Of a DNA stretch of 64,000 nucleotides, positions 12,142 to 27,390 are shown in pieces. Made by a program: the position numbers and the translations under genes. This DNA comes from Chrysomallon squamiferum (Eukaryota; Animalia; Mollusca), in contig CM022671.1 of NCBI GenBank assembly GCA_012295275.1, positions 2,852,001 through 2,916,000 of the forward strand, given 5' to 3'. Every line of letters begins with the position of its first letter. The stretch's first letter is position 1. Below the pieces are notes generated by a model that did not search any database, had not been told where the DNA came from, and saw only the letters and a program-made list of their open reading frames with translations.

Positions 12142-13769
12142 ATTATTATTATTATTTTGTATTTGATTTGTATTAGTGCATATTTTTCTTATCTAAGTAA
12201 TTTTTAGCAGTGAAGTTTTCTATTTGCTTAGTGAATACCCATTTGTTTTATTATAAAAAACCTGTTGATGCAGCAGGTTACAAAACAATTATGTCAAACA
12301 TTTGTTTTTTATTAATTGTACATCTGTATATATAGAAACCATCTGAACTTACCTGAGTTAACACTGAATTGGAAGAGAGAACGCAGCTTATGTATAACTA
12401 ATAATTAATTAGGTATCAATATAAACATTGCATATATATTTCTAAGAGAACTTATGTAGACAAAAAATAACTTATGTAAATAGGTTTTTTCAGTGAAAAG
12501 CTTTTAAAATGTGGTGTCCATTTGTAACATCACTAAATAATTAACAAATGTTTTTAATTAAAATAATAATAATAATAATAATAATAAATTCACCAGAAAC
12601 TAACCAAGTTCAAAGATCTTTCATTCTGTGTTTATCATTAAGTCAAAGCAATCTGATTACTTGCTGTCATCCACTTTAAATATTTTAATTTTTTATGTAA
12701 AATGGTACTGTGTCAAATATACATATTAGATGGTTAAAGTAAAAGTAGTTTTGTGTTGTACTTTCAGTGTCTTTATAGTAAATAGCCTAACAGTAGAATC
12801 AGTCAACCAGAGTGTGTGTTTTTTGCTTTGTATCCCTTGAAATCATCTAATTTATTATTTATTTATTTTTAATTATTTTATTTTATTATAATTCTAATTT
12901 TATTTTTAATTCATGGATTACAAGTGAATCTCTGTTTGCATTTAATATTTTCCAAACAATACTGTTATTAGTAATTTATATATTTGTCACTTTCAGTGCT
13001 GCTTGTTGGGTTTTTTGTTCTTGTTTTTTTGTTTTGTGGTGGTTTTTTTCATAAATTTGCTGTGGTGCTTTGATTTCTATATCAAGCTTTCGTAACAAAG
13101 TTCAGTAAACAGATGGTTTACTTAATGTTTTATCTGAAACTGGAATTCAACAATCAGTCAGTTAAGGAGTGTTAATTGCTTGCTTTATTATATATATTGG
13201 TATCAACTGCAGATTTAATTTCAGATATGCACAACATTTACTTACTTATAATTTTGTTAGTGTCAGGATGCCTTTAGTGGGCTGAATTTACAAATTTAAA
13301 CAGCTGTTTAACAGACTAAAAAGTGTAAACTAAAACAAAAAGTAAAGACAGCAATATTTGCTGTGAAAGGAAAAAAAACAAAAAAGCTTGTTCTTGACTG
13401 TTTGATCTGTTAGAAAATTGAGAAATTATTAAATTGCATGGAAGCTGTAAAGTATATGAAAAACGTGATGGTCAGTTTCACAGTAAAGCCATCATCCTTG
13501 ATATTTATTATTATTATTATTATTTTTTAAATTGTGTTTAATATTTTATAATTACTTTCACAGGATGATAAAGGTCACAAGAAGTATTAACTCGACATTC
13601 AGAATATAACTTTTTTGATAAAAATGATTTCTGTTTTCTTCAAATGTTTGAAAAACAGAAACAGGTAAAAAGTATCCTATGCTTATTTGTTAAATGTCTA
13701 ATAGTCTAACAAAATAAAACGAAACAATTTAAAAAAAAACATTTGATTCTATGTTTTTCTATATTGTGA

Positions 13770-15530
13770 CTAGTTTGTATACAATTTAAAGTGTGCATAA
13801 TTCTGATAATTTTCTATAACTTCAACATGTAATGTGTGGTGTTGAAAAATAAAGATAGTTTTCATCAATATAGTCATCTCTTTTGTTTTGTTTAAATATT
13901 TTTTATTTGACACAAACTTACAGATGGTATCATTGTTTATTTATTACCAACATGTTCAAGGAAATGAAAAAAAAAAAAATGAAAAAAGAAAATTGTGTTA
14001 CATTAACAACTGGATTTTTAAGTAAACATTGACTTTGATTTCCATCAAAGTATAATTATGAACCAAACTTCCTAACTAATTTTTAATATTTGACAGAAGT
14101 ATCTTGAGTAAAATGGAAAGAAGAGACTGAACATATCAATATGAAGAGGTTAAACACTTTTACAGTTAGTTATGTATACATTATTTTAGCAAGTGATTCA
14201 ATAGGACTTGTGTTTCTGAAAAATTAGTTAATATTTTAATGAGCTGATAAAAATAATAAACATTATGATAAAAAAATATATATGTAAGAAAAACTAAGGC
14301 ATATAATAGGATATCAAAAAGAGAAAAAACTAAATTTTAGTAAAATCACTGACTAAGAAATATAACTCTGCTTTAATTAGACTAATTAGATGCTTTCAAG
14401 ACTAAAATTTAAATTTTTCAGTTTTTTTTAAGCAAAACATGATTGAAGTGTATGTTGTTATGGTCACAGAGACATGATTTGACTGCATATTAAAAAATGC
14501 AGCTTGTTTCAAAATACATTTTTAAAATATTGTTGTAGCATGTTCAGAATTACATAATGCAAAATACATGTATATATATATATATCTTATTATTTTTATT
14601 ATTATTTTTATTTTTTTTTTAATTCCAGTTAGGTCATTTAAAATACAAATTACATACTGCATGCTAGGTGAAATTATTCCTTTGAAATTAACTATGTTTA
14701 ACAAAGTTATGTATAAAATGATAATTAAATAATAAATATTATTTCTCTTGATACTCCCAAAGGAATTGACTATTTCATGATCTAAGGGGAATAACTCCTT
14801 TTAAAACCGTCTTAGCTGTTCTCCGCCAGAGGATACTCATTTAATACTATGCTTTTCACTATTTAGACTACTTCTGTAACAATTCAAAGTGTGCATAATT
14901 CTGATAATTGTCTTTAACTTGCACATGTAATCTCTAATGTTTGAAAAATAAAGATAGCTTTCAACTATACATTCATATCTTATGTTTTGTTTAAATGTTT
15001 TTTGTTTGACACAAACAAACAATGGTATCATTGTATATTTATTACCAACATGTTGAAGGGGATAAAAAAAAAAGAATAAGGTTCTTATGTCATATTACCA
15101 ACTGGCTTTTTAACAAAACAATGATTCTGATTTTCATGAAAGTGTAATTATGAACCAATCTTCCTAATTTTCAATACTTGACAGACGTATCTTGAGTAAA
15201 ATGGAAAGAAAGATTAAACATATTAATATGAAGATGTTAAACGGTTAGTAATGGGTAGTTTATTTTAGCAAATGGTTCAATAGGACTTGTGTTTCTGAAA
15301 AATCAATTAAAATTATTTTAAAAAAAATATGTAACAAAAACAAAGGCATATAATAAGATTTCAAGAAGAAAAAAAGAAAATTAAAGTAAAATCATTGACA
15401 AAGAAATATAACTCTGTTTTTGATCTCAAGTAGATTTGATGCTCTCGAGACTATAATTTAGAACTTTCAGGTAATTTAAGCAAAACAGGATTGAATTGTT
15501 ATTAATACTTGTGTATGTTCTTATAGTCAT
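13770..15530. repeat. Diverged tandem duplication (about 13770-14480 and 14870-15530) in the 3' flank of A
   Basis: Shared anchors include aaagtgtgcataattctgataatt (about 13788 and 14887, also 59218), gtatcttgagtaaaatggaaagaa and caataggacttgtgtttctgaaaaa. Confidence 0.85.
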
Positions 15531-16482
15531 TCATGATCTAAGGGGAATAACTTACTTTAAAATTTTAGAGAAAGTAATAATTTTAAAATCAGAATAGCAG
15601 AAAAATGTGCAAAATAGAATTCTGATTCCTATTGTTTAAGTTAGATATATATATATATATATATATTATATATCGTCCTTTTATATTTAATTTATTTAGA
15701 ACATTTTCAGTATTTATGCGGCATTTTATACAGATAAAACAAAATAGGAAAAGAAACTTACTAGTGTAAAGAAAATATTTTTCCGTACTGCTAGAATTAA
15801 CACCTTACTATTAAAAGGATTCATCTATCTTATTCAGTTAAGTAACTGAAAACAGTTACCTTTAAAACAGATTTGATTAATTATTTTAATTATCCAAACT
15901 GTAGTATTATAAAATGGCTGTGAAGTAATAAAATCTAATAGCCTGAAGTCAGATATACTGATATCATGAAATAAAATATTAGTTTGAACTATAGAAGTGG
16001 TTTATCACTCACCCATGGTATTAAATTTGTTAAAATTGTATTAAAGCTATGGTTTCTTTCATCTTTTTCTTTCTTTCCTTTCTTCCATTCTTTCTTTATC
16101 CTTAAACAAATTTTTTTTCATTCTTTGTCTTCCTGACAGGCTTCCTGATAAGAATTTCCTTATCCCGAGTATCTTCAGGCGGAGATCAGCTCAGACGGAC
16201 ATTTGGATGGATATCACCGATTCTCATTTACTTGTGCCCTGGAATGCTCACACTCTTTAACAATTTACTCTCAGAGTTATCTCTCTTGACTGTATAGAAC
16301 TGTTCCTATTCATCTAACAAAACTGTACTCATACCATAGAGCAACTGTTTCTATAAATGTCTTCTTAAAACCATGTAATTATTTATTACTGGAAATGTTT
16401 CTTTATCACACATTTTCTTATCATTAATAATAATAACAATAGTAATAATAATATCATCTTAATTCATGGTTTCCATACTCAC

Positions 16483-19400
16483 CACTTCACTCTCCTCATC
16501 TTCCTGAACTGATTCCTCATCCTCTACATCACTCTGATTTCCATCTGTTAAAGAAACCTGCGACAAGATTTCCTCTCCCTGTTCAAAAACATACAAATAA
16601 AATACAAATAATACTGAATTAAAATTACATACAATAGTAACACGGTCTTTGTTTCATATTGCCTGAAATAAACAAAACTTAAATTCTAAACCCTACTTTT
16701 AAAAAGAATATCAAGTTAAGTAATAAAAACAAAAACCTGTCAACTTATCTATAAAAGTGGCATGATTAACCTATTTCAATACAAAATTGTGACCTGTTAG
16801 TATTAGGATTTACTAATTTTAATTTTAGAATCATTTTAATTATCAAAGCAAAGCTAGAGTTCAAATAACCAAGTTATTTACTCTTAGTTAATCTGTAACA
16901 ATGCCAGTTTAACGACACTAATTTAATACTAATATACAGTTTGGAACTGCCAAAATGATCAACCTGCAGATCTCTGTTTTTCAGATTTCCCAGCCAGACA
17001 ATTGTTAACAGTCAACATGGCCTTAACTCGATATACAAACTGTTCCAGTGCTCGTTTTATTCTACAATAAATTTATACAAATTAAGAAGAACCATATCAA
17101 TATGTAATAAAAATGTTTTGCATATGGTTAACAATATTTTCCTTCTTAACATATGTTTTTTTGTATTTTGATATTATTAAAATTGTATTGACAAACTTTT
17201 CTCATAAATAATGAATTAATCTGTACACCATGACAAAGACGTTTTAAAAAGAAACAGCAACAAAACAGACAGTAGTGTGTGTAATTCTGCCTTCATACCT
17301 TAATTAAGTTTACCAAAACATGTAGAATTTTTACAGCTATGCTCCATCTTATCAGCTGATCTACCTTCACCTGAAAAATATTGTTTAAAAATGCATGTCA
17401 ATAACATTCATTGACTAATTTTATCAAAACTGACCTGGTAAGAGAAGGAAAGGAATCTGAAAATCCATTTTTGTCTGCCTCAATTAGCTCAGGAATTGCT
17501 TTTGTTGTGATCACTTCTGCTGCCTCCAGAGTGTCATCTGAATATGTTAGATACATCCTATCAAAAAGAAATTTCAGCATTCAAAAAATCAAAACAAACC
17601 AGCCTGTAGACAGTCTGTGTTAATACCTCATAATAAGTATAACAGACATGTAATGGAATTTCACCTTTATTTAATGTCTCCCCCATAAAAATTTAAAAAA
17701 TAAACTAAAATAAAATAAAAATGTCAAGTTTAATAAAAATTTTACCATTATTCTAAATGACATATATATGCAACCACACAGGCTATGTAGATGACAGTGA
17801 TATGAAAATGAAGATTATGCCAGAAGCAATATGAATGCTCCCATAACTTAATGGCCAAAAATATAATTTAAAACCCATTTCAACGTGCAGGATTTTATGT
17901 ATTGACAACACAGTCCCAATTTTCAAATTTAGAACTGCAAAGAAAAAACCAACTACTGCCTGAGAATATAAATGAATTTAAAATTATACTTGCTTGATAA
18001 TCATCTGTAAGTTATCATTGTGTTTAGCACCTTTCTCCTTTTCTCCATTTGCACCAATCCACTCTCGTTTTAAAAAACTTTCAGCAAGATTTCCTGCAAA
18101 TTGTCAAATAAAGAAATATAAATGAACTGAAACTGAAATAAAAGTTAAATATTTCTGTCAGTTACTACAGAATATTATCTACATGTTTTTTTATAACAAA
18201 TCATTTATTTTTAAATCTGATTTTCTAAACGAGCCATGATTACTGGTGAGTACTGAAACCTACCCAGTTTGTTAGATAGTTTGTGAACATCCACCTTAGC
18301 AGCAAGAGTTCCAAGAAGTTTGATAAGAGTAACAGCCGTGGAGATGTTGGGAACTGCAGCAGCAAAGTTCTCCACATACTTGAATGCCACACTGCAACAA
18401 ACACACAAAGATGCTTTACTTCTTTTTCACTCTTTCTTAAGATGCAGAAGATTAAAATAGAAACATGTGTACTTAAGTTAACCTTCACTAAACCGACATG
18501 TTTTCAGGTTTGAATTTGCATAACTCCTGTGACTGATGTGTAAATACACAATTGTAATATACTGTTCAAATGTTATTTTAAAGAGTGTTTAATGCATCTA
18601 TTCTCAATTAAAAGAGTATCTACAGTAACAAATCAATAAACACTTATTAAACATTAATCAGTCTTCTTATACATGTTTTAAAACTGTACCAAATTTAACA
18701 AAATAACAAATGAAACAAAAATTGTTTTAATAAAATTTATAATATAAAATGTAAAAGATTTTAACAATTTTAACAATAATTTAAGTTTTACCTAACAAGT
18801 TCCTGAAATGAAATTTGTGTTGAGTCTAAGGTTTTAATTCTGCAAACAAGAACCTGTAGAGCTTTCTTCAACAGAGGCTGGTTTTCTGACTCCAAGAATC
18901 CATTCCTTCAACAGCACAAAAATCTTAGCATAATATCACTCTCACACAAACAAATAACACACAACATTCTTTAAGTAATGATACACCTGCCAATCACTAA
19001 TATTTATTTAATGTCACAATAAACAAAAACAATAATTATTAATTTATGTGTTATTTAAAATTTGGAATGTACGATTAATGTTAGGGATCACTCCAGATGA
19101 TGTAATAAAAATTCATAATCTAAAAATGTTTATGTTAACACCCTTTCTGGTTATGAAACTAAACAGTCTGGAAAGATATAAATGTTTCATTTTGTGTTTA
19201 TTAATGTAACAATACAACAGTTAATAAACAAAACTTTTTTCTTCATGTGGAAATGTTTCGGGCTTACCATGAAAACACAGACACCATTGAGTGTAGAAGT
19301 AGTTGAAAGCATGAAGTCATCAGAACAGCATCATCATCATCATAACCAGGGCCATCAATGAGTCCGTCATTTTCACTAATCATAGTCTGTACAAAAACGA

Positions 19401-22400
19401 TTTTAAAATAATTCTAATAACCTTAAATGTTAGACAAAAGTAAAAAGATTTCCTTACCTTTTGTTATAAAAAGAATTTTATGTTATCACAAAATAATTTC
19501 ATTCAAATAAAAAAGAATAAAACTGAATAAAACTTTGTTTAAATAAGGATTGTAATTCTTTATATTTTTCAAATGATGAAAGATTCAACGTATCATAATT
19601 TCACTTAATTATTAATAACACAAACATATATAATAAAATAGATACCAAAAAACGAATGTAACTGAATAAATTAAACTTGAAAAAAAAAAGAATTTATTAA
19701 TTAAATTATTATTTAACGATTTATTTTAAAGTGACTAAAGCTGACCTGAAAAAATGTACTGACTGCTTCCAAGTGATTGCATAAGGCTGGTAACAGTCTC
19801 ACAGCTTTTGCAGCTATTTGTTTTGGAGTAAACTGATCAAGTAGATGAAACCCAACATTTTTATTTACTTTCACCTGAGGGAATGAAATAAAAGTTAAAA
19901 AAGTAAATAAGAATAAAAACAAAAACAAAAATAAATAAATAAATAAATAAAAATAAATGAGGTAAGCAAAATAATAATAGCATTTGCTTCACAGAGTATT
20001 AAAGTATTTAAGATGAAAATGTGTTTGCACCTAGAAAACAATGATCAAGATACTTTGTATTTTTATACAAATATTGCTCAGAGGAAGCAAATGTTAGTCA
20101 AACTTAAGACAAATTAATTTAAAATTTCCAACATCATTTATAAACTGACTTATTAGATGATAAATAAAAAAGTAACAAAAAGAAAACACCATTTTCTTTT
20201 CATTAACCAAATTATCAACCAAGGAGTCTTATAACAAATGAAATAAATAATTGCAATCTGTGCTTTATCAAGATAAAAGAACATTACTTTTTACTATTAG
20301 AATCAAAATAAAACAAACTGACAGGGTATCCATATTGCATTAAAGAAAAAGAAAAGTAATACTGAATAATTTACATGGTTTTAGTAAGTGAGTATAATTA
20401 ATACTTTAAGAAACATTCTTCGTTTGCTGGCTGATGCAATCAGTGAATGGTTGAGTTTGTGTGCGAGATCCTCCAGAAGAAATTCTAGCTCAGCTGGTCG
20501 AAGGTGTAGACTTGTTTCATCCTGTCAATTAAAAACATTCAAATTATTAACATCTCAGCATATTTGGTGGTAAAATAATTTATTATATTTCTAACATTTG
20601 AGAAATTTTTCAGAAATTTGGTGTATATTCAGGTCTGTGCTTTAAGTCATGAAAATGAAACATATGACATCATTATTAACTTTATAATTAAATTAATTCA
20701 CTGGGAATTTCAGACCTCTGTCTAAATACAGAACCTTACGAAATGAATGGTGAGAATTTAACAAATTAACATAATGAAATTTAGGACAGGTACTGATTTT
20801 TGATAAATGACAATTCAACATTTGAAACTATTATTATTATCATTATTTAAAAAAGATATCTGTACATTTTGTGTGTAGTGGTTTTTGTAAATGTGTCATG
20901 TGAAGACATTTTTTTTTCAAAACTTTGTCCTGGGCATTTTGCTTTCGACTTATTTTTACCTTTGTGTTACTGTCTGTATCCATAGCTACACCAGAAATTA
21001 GTTCATTGTTCAGTACAATAAACACACTAATGTCCAACTCTCTGAAACAAACAAAATTAAATTAAAATGTACCACTGATGATGTATCCAAAAAGCCTTAA
21101 TACATTTTGTTTATTTTGTCTTTGCTAAAAAATAAGACAAAATTAACATGTTAATGAAGATATATGGAATTTGAGGTCCCCCTTTATTGTGAAATCATTC
21201 TGAAATATTAAAATAGCCAAAACAAAATTCTGCGGTAAGTTACTTAGACATTGTAAATAAAACAATTAAAAAATACCCCATTAAATTAAATAACTTAAAA
21301 ATATTAACATAAAAAAAAAAAATTTTATACCTGAAATATTGTCGATAATTTCCAAGGTTAATATTATTTTCATCTCTGGTATCAGCTTTCACCTGATTCT
21401 GTGATTCTCTTGGACTACTTTTATCTGCATCCTGACAACAAAATAACTAACAACAATAACATAAACATGGCTGACATGGTATTTTTAGTTCTCATGGTCA
21501 TTTTAAAAATTGAGAAAAACAATTATATTTGAGGTTTATCCTAATTACAGTTTTGTGCATCTCCTCTATCTTACACTGACAGAGAAGGGAGGATACATCA
21601 TATATTGAAATGGGTATAAAAAAAGTTTCTGTAATATCCTGGCTCAAAAAACTCATTTAAGAAACAATATTCTTACTGAGAACATGAGCTTAGTCTACTT
21701 AGCTATGTGATTACAAACCAGTGACGTTGAGTCCCTTGATGTTTCATCCATGTCATCCATATTTTCTTTGTTGTTCTTTCCTTTAGCTTTCCTATAAATT
21801 AAATGTGATTTTAAGTTTAAATTACTAACATTAAACATTTATAACCAATTTTGTTTTAAAAATGAATATATAAAGCTTATTATTTCTAAAATGATAAAAA
21901 CAAATTGTGTAGGAGGATTGTTTCACTAAATCAAGAATTTTTTTCACAGAATATACTGTAAAATTCTAAGCTAAAATAAGTATGGCATCAAGAAAAGATT
22001 TTGATACAATTTATATTTAAGTTTAAAATGCAAAGCAAAATGTGATTCTTCTCATAACTGGCAAAAGAATAAACCTAGCTGTAAGGTTTCACAGTACTAT
22101 TTAAAATAAAATTTTATTTGTGAAAAAATTAATTAATTAGTAAAAAAATGGTGATAAAATTAAAAAAAAAAAAAAAGTACAGAACATGGATCACCTTTTC
22201 CCTGGTTTTCTTCCTTTCTTTTTAACCTCTCCTGGGTCACTCTTGATCTTTGTTTCTTCAAGGTCAAAATTAGCAAGTGGTGGTTTGAAGTGTGGTAGCT
22301 AAAAAAAACATTATTCCATTTAAATCATTGAAATATTAATAAAAACAATATCTTATCTAGTGTGAAATCATGTATCAAAGATTAACATCAACAAAAAAAA

Positions 22401-25400
22401 AAAAAAGAGTTAAATTACATTATATATTGAATATGAGTTTTATCTTAAGCACACATATTAAATTTTTAAATTTATTTTTGAAAGCAAATGTAATGACATT
22501 TTTAACAATAACATGGTTCAGATAATGTAAACAGAAAAAGACACAAAACACCAGATGAATATTTAAAATATTTTAATAACTGAAACTCAAAAATCTCTAT
22601 ATTCTTGATAACCAATTAAAACACCCCCAAAACTACCAATGTAAACATTCACCATAATGAATCAGTCAACTCTAAACCCTCAAAATGTTTCATCTTAAAA
22701 CCTTTCCCCTGCATGATATCCCATCTGTTTACAAAATGACTAAATAACATAACTAAAATTAAAAACACACAAAACCAATCAAGCACTGATGAGAACTGTC
22801 TGCAGATCTGTGATATTCTTAAGTCTGGTAATGACCTTCACCTTCATTTCTATTGCTGTTTGGGTGGCAAAACTGTTAACCACCTTAAATGATAATAAAA
22901 ATAAAAATCATTAAAATAATATAGTTATTGTGATCCTTAACTAAAAATGTACATCCATTTTTTTTTAATTTTTCTGCATGAAAATGAAATGATTTTTTGG
23001 GCTAAAGGCACCTTTGTGTTACTTATCTGTCAAAGTTAAAAGAAAGANNNNNNNNNNNNNNNNNNNNNNNNNNNNNNNNNNNNNNNNNNNNNNNNNNNNN
23101 NNNNNNNNNNNNNNNNNNNNNNNNNNNNNNNNNNNNNNNNNNNNNNNNNNNNNNNNNNNNNNNNNNNNNNNNNNNNNNNNNNNNNNNNNNNNNNNNNNNN
23201 NNNNNNNNNNNNNNNNNNNNNNNNNNNNNNNNNNNNNNNNNNNNNNNATAATCTCTGAAATCCTTGTAAAAAGTCTTCTACAACCTTCCAAAAATAAAAT
23301 TAATAATAATGTACACACATTATAGTGTCACAAAAATACAAAAAGAATATACATCTTCAGCAAATTAATAACTGCAGGGCAGAAAAAAAAGAAAAAAAAG
23401 AAAATGATTTTACAAAATTGAGAACCAGTTTTACCCACAACATAAAATCTGAAAACAGACTAATTAATAAAAATAAAACTATAAATAAATTATTTCTATT
23501 AAGAATTATACTTCTTTATTTTTGTTTTCTTTTATCACAGTTTTACACTTGTACTGGTAAACACATAAAAAATCCAAAACATGTCTGGGATTAACAGATT
23601 AATATTTTCACCCAACACCAATGGGAACAAATTCCAATACTTAGTTTTATGATAAATAGTTACTTTCATTTTTGGCATATTTTGATACTAGTACCCCATT
23701 TCAAACTACTGGGGTTCTTCATAGACATGCATTTCTACAGAATAACAGAAATTAGTTTTTATATACACATTTCAAAAGAAATAATATTTTTGAAAAAACT
23801 GAAAAGTTGAATGAAGGATATATGAAAGAAATTCTTAATATTTCCAAGATTTTCTTTCTGTCATTTTCCAGTGTTTGTTTCCAAATTTGTAATCAGTAGC
23901 ACAAATAGTGTTCATGCAGTATCTGCCAGAAAATGTTATCTGTGTACATGAACTTTCTTTTGCAAAAAACCTGAAACATTTGTCTGAAAATATAAATTTT
24001 GTTTTTACATTTTCTTAATGGTTGATCAAAAATTAAAAAAATGTATTAATTTCTTGAAATTTTCACATTTTTTTGCTTTTGTGTCCCCTTAACCAAACTA
24101 AGAAAATAATGAAATAAATACATCAGGATAACTGTTGTGTCTCTTCAATGCTGTGTTAATATTTCTCTGAAACACTGCCTGGTCCACACCTGAAACAAAA
24201 CAAAACATTAAAATTAACACAATATTCAGTACAAGCAGCTTGTGCATCAGTTGTAGCATGAAGGAAGAACAGTTTAAATAAATATTTATATATATATAAC
24301 ATGTTTTATGCATACTTTTAAGGACCATAGCAACGATAACTCAATGAGTTAGGAACCAGTGACCTATTTTTTTCAGCAAGAAGGCAAAGTTTTACACATA
24401 TCTTTCCACAAATAGGAAAATGCAAATTTTCATTAGTAGTAAAAATGTGTGTTTAATAAAGTCACCCTATTTGATAAATTATAAAAATACTTCAATTAAA
24501 CTAAGAATTTCTGTGGACAAATGGCCTAAACATTATATACAGATTAAAGACAAAAATAAAGTACAACAACTTGGAACCTTTCACTGTGATGTTACTGTAC
24601 TGAGATTGTGTTGTATTGTGTTGTGGTATGTTTTGTTATTTTAACATCTTAACATATAAAACGTCCTCAGAAAATAGAGAGAAAAAAACAAAAGACAATT
24701 ATTAGAAAAGGATGAGTTCATGAAAATTATGTTTACAAACTGCTTTTATAAGGTTTATTTGTAACACTAAAGGTGTACTTTAAAACATTTTTTTTTTTTT
24801 TAAATCAGCCAGCATTTAATGTGGATACTATATCATGGTTTTGATTGTTTAACAAAAAACAAATATGGAAATATTATGTCCCAAAAGTTTATATAATTTT
24901 ATACACATACATAACCTTTACTTGTGTACAAGTCACATTTTGATACAAAATTAATTAAATGCACATGGATATACTGAACACTGGTGGTTTATAAAAAAAT
25001 CTGCCATTCTGCATTTAGTGACTTTCATTTTTATTATAACTATTATACACAAAGGTGAGTGGGCAAGAACGCATATAAAATTTCTATTAACTGATCAGTA
25101 TAAAGTTGGCAAAATAAACTCTGTGTTCCAAATCCTATGTACAAGTCATATCCCAACTTTCAGTACTGAATTAATCTACAACATGTGGCTATAAAACCTT
25201 CTGAATATGATCACTGTGAGTGTTCATATACAAAATAAAAATATCTCCTGTCTGATTATTTATTGTAAACCATATAAATATTACCTATTTCATTATTTTT
25301 TCTTTCCTGCACTAAAGCGTGAAACCTGCTTTATAAACCATCTGAGCAAACAGAGACTTGTCTGTGTAAATATCATCAGTTACCTCCTCTTCATTTCTCC

Positions 25401-25420
25401 CGTTTCTGTTTACTCCCCAT
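16483..25420 (-). pseudogene. FANCD2: FANCD2 (Fanconi anemia group D2) homolog; multi-exon, disrupted and partial copy
   Basis: Minus-strand exons: 24189-24122 (VDQAVFQRNINTALKRHNSYPD), 22883-22776 (VVNSFATQ..EMKVKVITRLKNI), 22298-22195, 21791-21719, 21431-21331, 21041-20960 (RELDISVF), 20521-20405 (LRPAELEFLLEDL), 19874-19746 (LCNHLE), 19386-19268, 18905-18792, 18391-18264, 18093-17994, 17557-17435 (FPSLTR), 17370-17299, 17061-16964 (RVKAMLTVNNC/WLGNLKNRDLQ), 16578-16483 (GEEILSQ + acidic tail); possible first coding exon 25420-25384. The motifs match FANCD2 as I recall it. Lesions: in-frame TGA at 22781-22779, frameshift near 16999, and missing exons. Confidence 0.9.
23048..23247. other. 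Assembly gap (200 N)
   Basis: Run of N inside the FANCD2 copy. Confidence 1.
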
Positions 25421-27279
25421 CTGAAATAAATTACTAAACATTACAAATATACTAACAACTTAGACATCATCTCACAATACAACATAAATCAAAAACACTA
25501 AACTTTGGTGTATTGGTTTGTTCATAAACTACAGTTAAAATACACACACAAAAAAAAAAAAAACATATATGGCAATAAAATAATTGAGGGGTTTTTGGTT
25601 GTTTTTGGAGGATACAGTAGTTCAAGAAGAGATTAAATAATTTACTTATTTAGTCTTTTTCAGTTTCAATTCATTATTTGTATATTGATCTTTTACACAA
25701 GCAAACAGACTAAACATACAGATAGATCAAAACTGAATATCTGTAACTTTTAAAATTTAAGCATTTCAAGAACAAAACATTTAAAAACACAGGAGGAAAT
25801 GAAAGTGGCTGTACACTTTTCAAGGTAAATTATGTTATAGCTATACTTTTTTATTATCTAACCAGCTTTACAGGTTATTGTTTTTTATTTTTTTATTTCC
25901 ATTATTAGTCTTTCTTGTAAAATTTTCAGAATTACTAATAAAATATCTTTTTTCTAAATATAAGTGTTGATTTTTATTTATTTTTTTGTACATAGCTTTG
26001 TTTTATTTTATATAATTTCTGGTGCATGGACAACTTGGCCTGTGGATTCTTGGAACAAAATTTGTAGAGATAAATCATGCATGTGACAGTCATAATGTTA
26101 GCTGTGCATAGTGTAGAGTCCATGCCATAGCTTATTATAATAACAGTATCAGATGGGTTTCTAGAAAAGTATAAAGTAATAATAATGGCCATTGTACTGT
26201 TGGTAGACATGATCATGAAGTACCTAAAGCATAATCCACCCCAAAATGCTCTTTATTATATTAAAATATGTTTGTTTTCCTTTAACTGACATTTTGGCTT
26301 AAGGTGGGACTATTTCAAAACCAACAGAAACAGATTCATTTATTCAAGAACAGTTTTAATTAAAAAAAAAACACTTTTAAGTTATGAGATTCTGTCCGTG
26401 TCCCATTTTTTTCAGAACTGTGGGCTGAGTGGTTCCTTTGGCCAAGCTGTTTGACATTCCCAGTTTATAATTTACTACAATCAGCCAAAGATTGATTTAC
26501 ATTTAAACAAAATGAAAAATACATATCAAACCTAAAGATGAAGAATTTTTTTTTTTTTTTGTTTTCTGCATTTTTCTGGAAAATAAAAATAATATATATA
26601 AATTAATGCTATTAATAATGTTACATGCGACTGTAATTGAAACAGAAATACAGATAGAAAAAATAAATAGCAATAATAATTATTAAATTATTAGAACAAT
26701 AACAGTTTTATTGTCTGAAAGTGAAAAGATTATATTTTATTTATTTATCATTTTTTTTTTTTTTTATAAATTCTATTATTATTATTGTAGTAGTAGTAAT
26801 AGAACAATAAATGTTTTATTGTTTGAAAGGATTATATTTTATTTTAGTTATAATTTTTTTTATTATTATTATTATTATTATTTTTTTTTATAAATTCTAT
26901 TATTATTATTGTAGTAGTAGTAGTAATAGCAGAAATTTAATTTAAAAAAAAAAAAATAAAAAAAAACGTTTGCAGGTTTCAAATAAAGATCTGATCTGCG
27001 AGTATGAAAACTACGTGTTCTATTGTAGGCATCAGTATACTATAACATAACATGATTATGATGATAATTATTACCAATTTACATCATTACAATGTAATTT
27101 ACGTGTCATTGTTTGTGGTTTATTCGAGTCATTGTTATTTGTTATCATTATCATATTATGTTTAAACTAGTGTCGTAGTGACTTTAGAAGTTTAGCACTT
27201 TCTTTAGAAAGATAGGAAAAAGATTTTGTTTTCCAAAAATTTCACATATATTTACAAACATAATCAATCCACCACTGGA

Positions 27280-27390
27280 CTAACCTTTCAACTAGAATAA
27301 ATAAACATTTTACTCTTTGACTGAATGTGAAAGTTATTTCCGAATAAAAATTATTTCCCGCGTTTTTATATTCTGCTTCCGGATTTTCAT
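27280..27390 (-). promoter_or_regulatory. Putative FANCD2 promoter and first non-coding exon with E2F (TTTCCCGCG, 27354-27362) and ETS (CTTCCGG, 27376-27382) motifs
   Basis: CpG-containing consensus motifs in very AT-rich DNA, just upstream (minus strand) of a donor AAG|gttagt near 27284 and about 2 kb upstream of the first FANCD2 coding exon. E2F control of FANCD2 is established in vertebrates. Confidence 0.55.

Noticed and set aside
23014-23325. ORFs spanning X residues
   Set aside because: Artefact of the N gap.
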